Shown here: positions 55,871 through 64,000 of the stretch, in pieces | How positions within the stretch are numbered: position 1 is the stretch's first letter | Layout: each line of letters begins with the position of its first letter | NCBI GenBank assembly: GCA_963756075.1 | Contig: CAVWMH010000010.1 | Coordinates: 19,490-83,489 of the forward strand | Length of the DNA: 64,000 nt | Origin: Candidatus Dormiibacterota bacterium | GTDB taxonomy: Bacteria > Chloroflexota > Dormibacteria > Aeolococcales > Aeolococcaceae | Direction of reading: 5' to 3' | Translations under genes and position numbers: made by a program | The notes under the pieces: model-generated | Told to the model about the DNA's origin: nothing | What the model saw: the letters and a program-made list of their open reading frames with translations, nothing else | Database searches by the model: none

Positions 55871-58357
55871 AGTTCTCCCTTCGGTGGCTTCGCGACTACG
55901 CGACGCTCGACGCGCCCGTGGCAACCATCGTCAAAGCACTCGTCGACACGGGGACGGAGGTTGGTACGGTCGATCTCGGCGGCGAGGGGCTCGTGGTCGC
56001 CCGGATCGCGGCCGTCGGCCCGGTCCCCGGATCGTCGCATCTGCAGTTCGCGGATCTCGATCTCGGCGGGGAGGTGGCCGGCTCGCTCGCGGCCTTCAGC
56101 GTCATCCCCGGGACGGTCCGGGTCGTGACCGGGGCACCGAACGTCAAGGCCGGCGACCTGGTTCCCTACGCGCCACCGGGAACGCGTCCGCCGGCGATGG
56201 ACGAGCGCCTGGGCGTGAAGACCATCCGCGGCCACAAGTCCCCGGGGATGCTCTGCTCGGCGATCGAGCTCGGAGTGGGGGAGGACGCGGACGGCATCCT
56301 CATCCTCGACGAGGGCAAGCCTGGCCAGCCCCTTCGCGAGGTTCTGAGCCTCGACACCATCCTCGACCTCGAGGTGACGACCAACCGGCCGGACTGCCTC
56401 TGCCATATCGGCATCGCACGCGAGCTCGCGGCGGCACTCGGCGAAGGCCTCAACGAGCCGCCAGCCTCGGTGCCCGAGGAGTTGCTCTCGGCGACGTCGG
56501 CCGAGTTGCGCGCCCAAATTCGCATCGCGGATCCCGAGGGCTGCCCTCGCTTCGCGGCTCGTGTCATCGAAGGCGTCGTGGTGGGCCCCTCACCGGGATG
56601 GCTGCGCCAGCGGCTCCGCGCCGTCGGGCTGCGGCCGATCAACAACGTGGTCGACATCTCCAACTTCGTGCTCCACGAGCTCGGCCAGCCGCTGCACGCT
56701 TTCGACCTCGATCGATTCGTCGACGCCGGCGGTGACAGGACGGCGAACGTGGTCGTGCGGCGGGCGGCGCCGGGTGAACACGTCGTCGACCTTCTCGGCG
56801 TCGACCGTCATCTCTCGGCGGAGGATCTGGTGGTCTGCTCCGGCAACACGCCGGCGAGCATTGCCGGGGTCATCGGCGGGAGTTCGACTGCAGTCATCGA
56901 ACTCGACGAGGACCGTCCTGCTCGAGGCGGCGACCTGGGATGGGCCGACCATTCGGGCAACCTCGAAACGGCTCGGGCTCCGAACTGACGCCTCGACGCT
57001 CTTCGAGAAGGGATTGAGCGATCGTCTCCCCGCGGTGGCGCTCGATCGTGCAGCTGCCCTGATCGCCGAGCTGTCCGGCGGTCGTGTCCTCGCAGGCACG
57101 ATCGACCAGTGGCCCCGTCCGCTCCCGCAGCTGGGCCCGATCTCGTTGACCGCGCGATTCACCGGCCAGCTGCTCGGCATACCCATGGACGCGACGGAGA
57201 TCGCCACAACGCTCGCCCGACTCGCGTTCGCGGTGGAGCAGGACGGCAGCACCCTCACCGTCGTGCCTCCGTTCTTCCGGCGGGACGTGTCCTTGCCGGA
57301 GGACCTCGTCGAGGAGGTGGGCAGGATGATCGGGTACTCCCGAGTGCCGAGCACGCTCCCCGGACGGCGCGTCGAGGTCACCACCACGGCCGCACCGCCG
57401 CCGATCGAGGACGCCATTCGCGATGTCTGCATCGGGGCCGGGTTTGACGAGGCGATCACCTTTTCCTTTGTCGCTGCTCACGACGCGGTCTTGCTCCCTG
57501 GACTCGGCCGCGCCCGCAAACCCATCCCGCTGCGCAATCCGCTCAGTGACGAGTGGAGCGTCATGCGCACGTCGCAGCTTCCCGGGCTGTGCGCCTCGCT
57601 CGCGGCCAACGTCAATCGCGGGAATGTCGATGTGATGCTGTTCGAGCTCGGTCGGGCGTTCTGGGAAGGCGAGCGAGTTGGTCCAGTGCCGGGCTCGACG
57701 CCCGACGGGGCCGACCGCGACCTTCCCGCGCTGCCCCTCGAGCCGCTGCTGCTCAGCGTGGCGCTCCACCTGTCGAGCGGCTCCGCCGATGACGCAGCAC
57801 GCGCGGTTCGGCACGTGCAGTCGGTCTTCGACCGCATCATCGGCGACCTCGCCGGCTCCGCGCTGCGCGCCGAGCCTTCGGAGGAATCGGGCCTCCATCC
57901 CGGAAGAAGTGCGGCACTCCAATTCGACGGCGACCCGGTCGGCATTCTGGGTGAGCTCTCCTTTGAGACCCTGGCCGCGTTCGAGATCCGGGGGCGCGTC
58001 GCCGTAGGTGAGCTGCGGATCGACACGATCGCACCGGCTTCGCCGCGACCGCTCCGCTTCGTGCCGCCGCCTCGGTTCCCCGCGATCGTGCAGGACCTCG
58101 CGGTCACCGTTGCGGACGACCGCCGCGCCGGCGACGCAATGGACGCAATCCGCGAGGCTCACGAGCCGCTGCTCGAGCACGCCGAGCTCTACGACGAGTA
58201 TCGGGGTGGAAGCCTCGCCGCCGGGCACAAGGGCTGGACGTTCCGGCTGACATTCCGCTCGCCCGACCGCACGCTCACCGGCGACGAGGCGCAGCGAGCT
58301 CAGGACGCCGTCGCGGCAGCGCTGGCTCGACGATGCGACGCGGAGATTCGCAGGTAG
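55867..58357 (+). CDS. pheT: phenylalanine--tRNA ligase beta subunit, frame-broken near 56895-56905
   Basis: ORFs 55867..56988 and 56561..58357 join. [11 protein letters not shown], tRNA-binding domain, B3/4 (RPINNVVDISNFVLHELGQPLHAFD). Then ...IAGVIGGSSTAVI | STRTVLLEAATWDGPTIRATSKRLGLRTDAS. B5 and C-terminal FDX-ACB domain follow. 829 aa after removal of one base. Confidence 0.9.
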
Positions 58358-58995
58358 CCAAGCCAGCGCGCGAATGGTTTGCGCGTCCGACGATGCAGGT
58401 GGCCCGAGACCTGATCGGCTGCAGGCTCATCGTTGACGCGGGAACGCCCACCGCGGTCGTCGCGCGGATCGTCGAGACCGAAGCGTATCTCGGAACCGTC
58501 GATCCCGCCTCGCATGCGTTCCGCGGCCCGACGCCCCGGTCGCGGGTGATGTTCGGCCCGGCCGCGCACCTGTACGTGTACTTCACCTACGGGATGCACC
58601 ACTGCGCGAACGTTGTGACGGAGGCGGATGGCGTTGCGGGAGCGGTGCTCCTGCGTGCCGCGGCCGTGGAGGAGGGCATCGCCGCGGTGCTGGCTCGGCG
58701 CGGCGACGGCCTGGCCGCCCAGGCCCTCCTGCGCGGGCCGGGAAACCTGTGCCGGGGCCTGGGGATCACGCGCTCGGACGACGGCATCGACCTGATCGAC
58801 CCTGCCACGCGAATCCACGTCGTCGGGCGCGATACCGAGCCCCCCATCGCGGTCGGCACGCGCATCGGCCTGCGGCATGCCGCCGACCGGCTCCTTCGAT
58901 TCAGCTGGCTCGGCGACCCCGCGGTTTCGCGCCCTCTGCCCCGCGATGCCGGCAAGACCCGGTCGCACTCCGGCGAAAAGAAGGGGCCGGACTGA
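58333..58995 (+). CDS. mpg: DNA-3-methyladenine glycosylase (Mpg/AAG family)
   Basis: ARDLIGCRL, IVETEAYLG, DPASHAFRGPTPR, MFGPAAHLYVYFTYGMHHCANVV, GPGNLCRGLGI motifs. Confidence 0.9.
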   Translation: MRRGDSQVAKPAREWFARPTMQVARDLIGCRLIVDAGTPTAVVARIVETEAYLGTVDPASHAFRGPTPRSRVMFGPAAHLYVYFTYGMHHCANVVTEADGVAGAVLLRAAAVEEGIAAVLARRGDGLAAQALLRGPGNLCRGLGITRSDDGIDLIDPATRIHVVGRDTEPPIAVGTRIGLRHAADRLLRFSWLGDPAVSRPLPRDAGKTRSHSGEKKGPD

Positions 58996-59004
58996 GCCGG
59001 CCCC
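58983..59004 (+). terminator. GC hairpin (GGGGCCGG-actgag-CCGGCCCC) spanning the mpg stop codon
   Basis: Perfect 8-bp stem read from the sequence, with the TGA in the loop. Followed by CAATAAATG and only a short T tract, so terminator function is tentative. Confidence 0.4.
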
Positions 59005-59414
59005 CAATAAATGCACCGTTTCTTGATACGGCAGCCCGGTAGAAATTCCCGGGCTCTTGGTGGCACCGCAACCGGTGCCCGGTTTCGGATAAACGCCCGG
59101 TCCGAACTCCCAGCCCGCACAACGCACACTTGCCCATCTTTCGGGCCATCCCGGGGGACGCCGATTGCCCAGCGACCTCGACGGGGGCGCTATCGATGTG
59201 CGGTCAGGGGCCCGTCAGCCGGGCCTCAGCCCTCCGCTCGGCCGTGCCGGAAACGCTGCCAGACGGTTCTCAACATTGGTATGGCTACCTCCGTCTGATT
59301 GCCGATGCTTCCTCTAACGATAGACCTGTCGCTCGCTGACCACAAGGACCGCGAGGCCTAGACTGGGTTCCAGGCTGCGCTAGAATCGGAACGCCTGTTC
59401 GTCTCGGAGGATCC

Positions 59415-60173
59415 ATGTCCGGTCACAGCAAGTGGGCTGGCATCAAGCACAAGAAGGCAATCATCGATGCCCGTCGCGGCCAGGTGTTCACCAAGGTCAC
59501 GCGCGAGCTCACGGTTGCGGCGCGCGAAGGTGGCCCTGACGTTGAGGGCAATTTCCGTCTGCGTCTTGCGATGCAGAAGGCGCGCGAGGTCAACATGCCC
59601 GCCGACAACATCGAGCGTGCGATCCAGCGCGGAGCAGGCGGGAAGGATGGCGTGCAGCTCGAGGAGGTCCGCTACGAGGGCTATGGACCGCACGGTGTCG
59701 CGGTCATGGTCGACACGCTCACTGACAACCGCAATCGCACGGTGGCTGCCATCCGCAATGCGTTCACCCGGGCGGGGGGCGCGCTCGGCGAGGCGAACAG
59801 CGTCGCATGGATGTTCAACCAGCAGGGGGTCATCAGCCTCGAGGCCGGCAAGCGCGACCCTGAGGAGCTCGCCCTCGAGTTGCTCGACGCCGTCGATGTC
59901 GGCGGGGACGGCGACGTCAGCGTCGACGGCGACGAGGTGGTCGTGACCGTGGCTCCCTCGCGCTTCGAGGCCGTACGGCGCCAGCTGGAGGAGCGGAGCT
60001 ACCCCGTCGACTCCGCGGAGGTGACCATGAACCCGACCACCTCGGTGGTGCTCGACACCTCCCAGGCGCGCCAGGTCCTCCGCCTGCTCGACGGGCTCGA
60101 GGAGCAGGATGACGTGCAGCAGGTCTACGCCAACGCCGAGATACCGGACTCTGTCCTTGACGCCGTCAGCTGA
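59415..60173 (+). CDS. yebC: YebC/PmpR-family transcriptional regulator
   Basis: MSGHSKWAGIKHKKAIIDARRGQVFTK... 252 aa. Confidence 0.95.
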   Translation: MSGHSKWAGIKHKKAIIDARRGQVFTKVTRELTVAAREGGPDVEGNFRLRLAMQKAREVNMPADNIERAIQRGAGGKDGVQLEEVRYEGYGPHGVAVMVDTLTDNRNRTVAAIRNAFTRAGGALGEANSVAWMFNQQGVISLEAGKRDPEELALELLDAVDVGGDGDVSVDGDEVVVTVAPSRFEAVRRQLEERSYPVDSAEVTMNPTTSVVLDTSQARQVLRLLDGLEEQDDVQQVYANAEIPDSVLDAVS

Positions 60174-60194
60174 CCACTGCGCCGTCCGACGCGG

Positions 60195-60761
60195 ATGAGG
60201 GTGCTCGGGGTTGACCCGGGGCTCGCGCGCACCGGCGTGGCCATCGTCGACGGCGTGCCGGGACACCTCGTCCTGCTGCACGCCGCGTGCATCGAGACCG
60301 TGCCGCAGACCAGTGAGGCGGCGCGGCTCGCGATTCTGTTCGACCTCGTCGTCGACGCCTGCACGTCGCTGCGCCCCGAGGTCGCGGCGGTGGAGGAGCT
60401 GTTCTTCTCGACGAACCGGCGCACCGCGATGCGAGTCAGCGAAGCGCGCGGGGTCGTTCTCTGCGCGCTCGCGCGCCAGGGTGTCGCGATCGCCGAGTAC
60501 ACGCCGACACAGGTGAAGGAGGCCGTGTGCGGGTACGGCGCGGCGCGCAAGCCGCAGGTCGCGCGCATGGTTGCCAATCTGCTTGGCGTGACGGACATTC
60601 CAGGACACGACGATGTTGCTGACGCGTGCGCTGTTGCCGTGTGCCACCACCATCGCGGACGCCTCGGCGCGCTGACGCCTCGAGCACAACGCCATCGCGA
60701 AAGTGCGCTCGACGTCGCGGTGAGCCGTGCGCGCGCGGCGCTGGTGCGCAGCGCTCCATGA
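60195..60761 (+). CDS. ruvC: crossover junction endodeoxyribonuclease RuvC
   Basis: MRVLGVDPGLARTG, AVEELFF, YTPTQVKEAV, DVADACAVAVCH motifs. Confidence 0.95.
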   Translation: MRVLGVDPGLARTGVAIVDGVPGHLVLLHAACIETVPQTSEAARLAILFDLVVDACTSLRPEVAAVEELFFSTNRRTAMRVSEARGVVLCALARQGVAIAEYTPTQVKEAVCGYGAARKPQVARMVANLLGVTDIPGHDDVADACAVAVCHHHRGRLGALTPRAQRHRESALDVAVSRARAALVRSAP

Positions 60762-61372
60762 TCGCGCTCATCCGTGGACAGCTTGCGGGCATCGGTGACG
60801 ACCACGTCGTGGTCGATACCGGCGGTGTCGGCTATGAGGTGTTCTGCCACCTGCGCACGATTGCGACGCTGCACACGGCGCGCGAGCAGGAGGTGACCCT
60901 GCACGTGCACACGAGCGTCAGCGCGGACGCGATCCGCCTCTATGGCTTTGTCACCAGCGACGAGTTGCGGTTGTTCCGCCTGCTGATCGGCGTCGAGCGC
61001 ATCGGCCCGAAGGCGGCGCTCGGGATCCTTGGACGGGCAGAGCTTCCAACCCTCGTCCGCGCCATCGCCGAAGGGGACATCGCACTGGTCGCGACGGTGC
61101 CGGGCATCGGGCGCAAGACCGCCGAGCGCGTGATCCTCGAGCTGCGCGACAAGGTCGGCTCCCTCGAGCCACCGGGGACACATCACCCCGCCCCAACGGG
61201 GGAGAACGAGGCTGTCGCCGCTGCGATCGCCGGGCTCGTGGGTCTCGGGTTCCGCGAGACCGAAGCCCGCCATGCGGTGGCTGAAATCGCCGTCGACGGA
61301 GACGGACACGACGTCGCCGACCTGGTGGGTGCGGCGCTTCGCCGGCTCGATTCCGCGAGTGCCGGACGGTGA
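60758..61372 (+). CDS. ruvA: Holliday junction branch migration complex subunit RuvA
   Basis: The ATG at 60758 overlaps the ruvC stop. MIALIRGQL...VGYEV, LYGF, FRLLIGVERIGPKAALGIL, VPGIGRKTAERVILEL. Confidence 0.95.
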   Translation: MIALIRGQLAGIGDDHVVVDTGGVGYEVFCHLRTIATLHTAREQEVTLHVHTSVSADAIRLYGFVTSDELRLFRLLIGVERIGPKAALGILGRAELPTLVRAIAEGDIALVATVPGIGRKTAERVILELRDKVGSLEPPGTHHPAPTGENEAVAAAIAGLVGLGFRETEARHAVAEIAVDGDGHDVADLVGAALRRLDSASAGR

Positions 61373-62415
61373 CCGACGAGCGGGTGGTCAGCCCTGAGGA
61401 GTTGGAGGCGGAGCGCGTCGCCGACACGGCGCTGCGGCCCCGCACCCTCGACGACTTCGTCGGCCAGTCCGCCATCAAGAACCAGATACGCATCCTCGTC
61501 GAAGCAGCCCGGCAGCGCGGCGACGCGCTCGATCACGTGCTCCTCTACGGGCCGCCGGGGCTCGGGAAGACGACGCTCGCGCAGATCATCGCCGTGGAGA
61601 TGGGGGTGAACATCCGCCTGACGAGCGGACCCGCGCTCGAGCACCAGGGGATGCTCGCCTCGATCCTGACGAGCCTCGAGGAGCGCGACGTGTTCTTCGT
61701 CGACGAGGTGCACCGCCTCAACCGTGCAGTGGAGGAGGCGCTCTACCCGGCGATGGAGGACCTCGCCTTCGACTTTGTCGCCGGCAAGGGGGCCGGGGCG
61801 CAGACGCTCCGGCTGACGCTCAACCGCTTCACGGTCATCGGTGCCACGACGCGGGCCGGAGCGCTCGGTGCGCCGCTCCGCGACCGTTTCGGAGTCACCT
61901 TCCGGCTCGACTTCTATGACACCGATGAGCTCGTCGCCATCGCCAACCGTTCCGCGCGACTGCTCGGCGTCGATCTCGACCCCGAGGGTGCGGCCATGAT
62001 CGCCGGACGCTCCCGCGGGACTCCGCGGATCGTGAACCGGCTCCTCCGGCGCGCGCGCGATTACGCGCAGGTGCGCGCCGCGGGCAGGATCGATGTCGGC
62101 GTCGCTACAGCGGCCCTCGACGTGCTCGGCATCGATTCGATCGGGCTCGACGAGCTCGACCGCCGCGTGCTGGGCGTGCTCTGCGGGACGCTGGGCGGCC
62201 ACCCGGTCGGCGTCCAAACCATCGCGGTCAGCGTGCAGGAGGACCCCGACACCATCGAGGACATCGTCGAGCCCTTCCTCATCCGCCGAGGATTGCTGGC
62301 GCGCACGCTGCGCGGCCGGCTTGCCACAGCCGCCGCGTACCAGCATCTCGGCATGCCGGTGCCGTCCGGTGCGCCTGGGGCGGCAGAGGCGCAGGCCGCG
62401 CTCTTCGAGCGTTGA
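61369..62415 (+). CDS. ruvB: Holliday junction branch migration DNA helicase RuvB
   Basis: LRPRTLDDFVGQ, LLYGPPGLGKTTLA, FVDEVHRL, IGATTR, SRGTPRI motifs. 348 aa. Confidence 0.97.
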   Translation: MTDERVVSPEELEAERVADTALRPRTLDDFVGQSAIKNQIRILVEAARQRGDALDHVLLYGPPGLGKTTLAQIIAVEMGVNIRLTSGPALEHQGMLASILTSLEERDVFFVDEVHRLNRAVEEALYPAMEDLAFDFVAGKGAGAQTLRLTLNRFTVIGATTRAGALGAPLRDRFGVTFRLDFYDTDELVAIANRSARLLGVDLDPEGAAMIAGRSRGTPRIVNRLLRRARDYAQVRAAGRIDVGVATAALDVLGIDSIGLDELDRRVLGVLCGTLGGHPVGVQTIAVSVQEDPDTIEDIVEPFLIRRGLLARTLRGRLATAAAYQHLGMPVPSGAPGAAEAQAALFER

Positions 62416-63443
62416 GGGCCGCCGACTTCGACTACCCGCTCCCCGCGGAGCGGATCGCCCAGGAGCCCCTTGCCGAACGCGACGCATCCCGGCTGCTCCA
62501 CGTGCTCGCGGGGGGCAGCCTCGAGGACCGCGAGTTTCGCGACCTCCCAGAATTGCTCCGTCCCGGCGATCTCCTGGTCGTCAACGACACGAGGGTCCGG
62601 CGGGCGCGGCTGCACGGTGTCGACAGCGCCGGGCGCGACATCGAGCTCCTCGTGCTGACGCGCGAGGCGAGCGGCGACTATCAGTGCCTCGCGCGGCCTG
62701 CGCGCCTGGCCACCCGAGGCGCGGTCATCCGAGTCGGTGTCGACCTTCACGCCACCGTCGTCGCGGTCTCGGCGGCGCACCGCGGGGGACGCACGGTCAG
62801 CTTCGACGCTGCCGATCCGGACGCCGCGATCGAACGCGCCGGCGTCCCACCGCTGCCTCCCTACATCCACACCGACCTGCGCGACCCCGAGCGCTACCAG
62901 ACGACGTACGCCGCTGGGAGCCCGGATTCCGCCGCGGCACCGACAGCGGGGCTGCACTTCACCGCGCCGGTGATCGAGCGTCTGCGCGGCGCCGGCGTCG
63001 GGTGGGCAACGCTGCGTCTCGACGTCGGCCTCGCCACCTTCGCCCCGATCCGCACCAACTCTGTCGAGGATCACCCGATGCACGAGGAGCGGTACGCGCT
63101 TCCCGCCGCAACCGCTCGGGCGATCGAGCAGACGCGACGCGGTGGTGGGCGCGTCGTCGCGGTCGGCACCACGGTCGTGCGCGTGCTCGAGACGTGCGCA
63201 CAGGACGGAGCACCATTGCACGCGGCGAGCGGCACCACCAACCTTTTCATCCATCCCGGCCATCGCTTTCGCGAAGTGGACGGTCTGCTGACGAACTTTC
63301 ATCAGCCACGTTCCTCGCTGCTCGTTCTGCTCGCGGCGTTCATCGGCGATGAACGCTGGCGGACCGCGTACGAGCACGCGCTGGGCGCGGGGTACCGATT
63401 TCTGTCGCTCGGCGATTGCATGCTCTGCTGGCGCGCGTCGTGA
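62412..63443 (+). CDS. queA: S-adenosylmethionine:tRNA ribosyltransferase-isomerase
   Basis: FDYPLPAERIAQEP, LVVNDTRV, PLPPYI, YQTTYA, AAPTAGLHFT, AVGTTVVR, TNFHQPRSSLL motifs. Confidence 0.95.
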   Translation: MRAADFDYPLPAERIAQEPLAERDASRLLHVLAGGSLEDREFRDLPELLRPGDLLVVNDTRVRRARLHGVDSAGRDIELLVLTREASGDYQCLARPARLATRGAVIRVGVDLHATVVAVSAAHRGGRTVSFDAADPDAAIERAGVPPLPPYIHTDLRDPERYQTTYAAGSPDSAAAPTAGLHFTAPVIERLRGAGVGWATLRLDVGLATFAPIRTNSVEDHPMHEERYALPAATARAIEQTRRGGGRVVAVGTTVVRVLETCAQDGAPLHAASGTTNLFIHPGHRFREVDGLLTNFHQPRSSLLVLLAAFIGDERWRTAYEHALGAGYRFLSLGDCMLCWRAS

Positions 63444-64000
63444 CGTCTGCATTCGCCATCGAGAAGGTCGACGGCGCTGCGCGCACCGGTACGCTCGTGA
63501 CCGCGCACGGCCCGGTGCGCACGCCTGCCTTCATGCCGGTCGGGACGCATGCGACGGTCAAGGCGCTCGATCCCGACGAGGTGCGCGCGTCAGGCGTCGA
63601 CATCCTGCTCTGCAACGCGTATCACCTCGCGCTGCGTCCAGGGATCAACCTCATCGAAGCCGCCGGCGGGCTGCACGCGTTCATGGGCTGGGACCACCCG
63701 ATCCTCACCGACAGCGGCGGCTACCAGCTGGTGAGCCTCGCCGAGGTCGCGGCTGTCGACGACGAGGGCGCCACCTTCGTCTCTCCCTACGACGGCTCGC
63801 GGTTGCGGGTGACACCCGAGGACGCCGTGCGCAACCAGGCGCGGCTTGGCGCCGACGTGCTCATGTGCCTCGACCACCCCGTCGCGCATGGGACCGCCGC
63901 CGGCGCGGCGCGAGACGCCACCGAACGCACCCATCGCTGGGCCGAGCGATGCCGGGCTGCGCACCCGGGCGACGGCCGGCTGCTGTTCGGCATTGCCCAG
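63440..64000 (+). CDS. tgt: queuine tRNA-ribosyltransferase (5' part, runs off the window)
   Basis: Not in the ORF track because no stop is reached. The GTG at 63440 overlaps the queA stop. My own translation gives ARTGTLVTAHGPVRTPAFMPVGT, ILLCNAYHL, ILTDSGGYQ. Confidence 0.9.
   Translation, partial: MTSAFAIEKVDGAARTGTLVTAHGPVRTPAFMPVGTHATVKALDPDEVRASGVDILLCNAYHLALRPGINLIEAAGGLHAFMGWDHPILTDSGGYQLVSLAEVAAVDDEGATFVSPYDGSRLRVTPEDAVRNQARLGADVLMCLDHPVAHGTAAGAARDATERTHRWAERCRAAHPGDGRLLFGIAQ

Noticed and set aside
5601-58357. Programmed ribosomal frameshifting as an explanation for the frame breaks
   Set aside because: No known programmed +1/-1 sites exist in nusB, pheT, xseA or ilvD-family genes. 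There are no slippery heptamers or downstream pseudoknot-like context. All the breaks are single surplus bases in unrelated genes. Artefact, or less likely decay, is more parsimonious.
58996-59414. RNase P RNA, tmRNA or SRP RNA in the long gap before yebC
   Set aside because: On neither strand could I find the signature sequences. Those are GAGGAAAGTCCGGGC-type P4 for RNase P, a tRNA-like GGGG...TCCACCA end for tmRNA, and GGTCCGGAAGGAAGCAGC-type domain IV for SRP RNA.

Overview
High-GC (about 70% by eye) bacterial chromosomal segment, almost fully coding. It is dominated by core housekeeping genes in long co-directional strings with many ATGA/GTGA stop-start overlaps. Gene order: anti-sigma/sigma pair, alaS, FtsA-like module, ruvX, aroE, prepilin peptidase, PH-domain protein, aroC-aroK/B-aroQ-efp-asp23-nusB, xseAB, tlyA-nadK-recN, scpAB-rluB-cmk, dinG, C-N hydrolase/nadE, rsmI-tatD-rsmA, MFS, tRNA-Val(GAC), a small accessory patch, a cyclase-NTPase-TPR gene, a sugar-acid oxidation cluster, amidohydrolase, CaCA exchanger, MFS, beta-carbonic anhydrase, thrS, TlyA-like MTase, infC-rpmI-rplT-pheST, mpg, yebC-ruvCAB-queA-tgt. 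This order resembles Actinomycetota or related Terrabacteria (inference only). I saw no rRNA, CRISPR array, transposase or integrase. The most striking sequence-level signal is 8 (possibly 9) reading-frame breaks inside otherwise well-conserved genes, including nusB and pheT. All go in the same direction: each is repaired by removing one base. Four of them coincide with the octamer CGAGTTCG or its complement. That points to a context-specific assembly or base-calling artefact rather than real pseudogenes, but it needs read-level confirmation. Candidates for unexplored biology are: (1) an FtsA-like ATPase coupled to a large bitopic membrane protein between alaS and ruvX; (2) a tRNA-Val-flanked patch with a domain-less Cys-rich exported protein; (3) a palindrome-dense, lower-GC 0.7-kb region with a small zinc-finger ORF upstream of thrS. 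I did not find a clear, self-contained novel multi-gene system such as a defence island. Most of the window is ordinary core genome.
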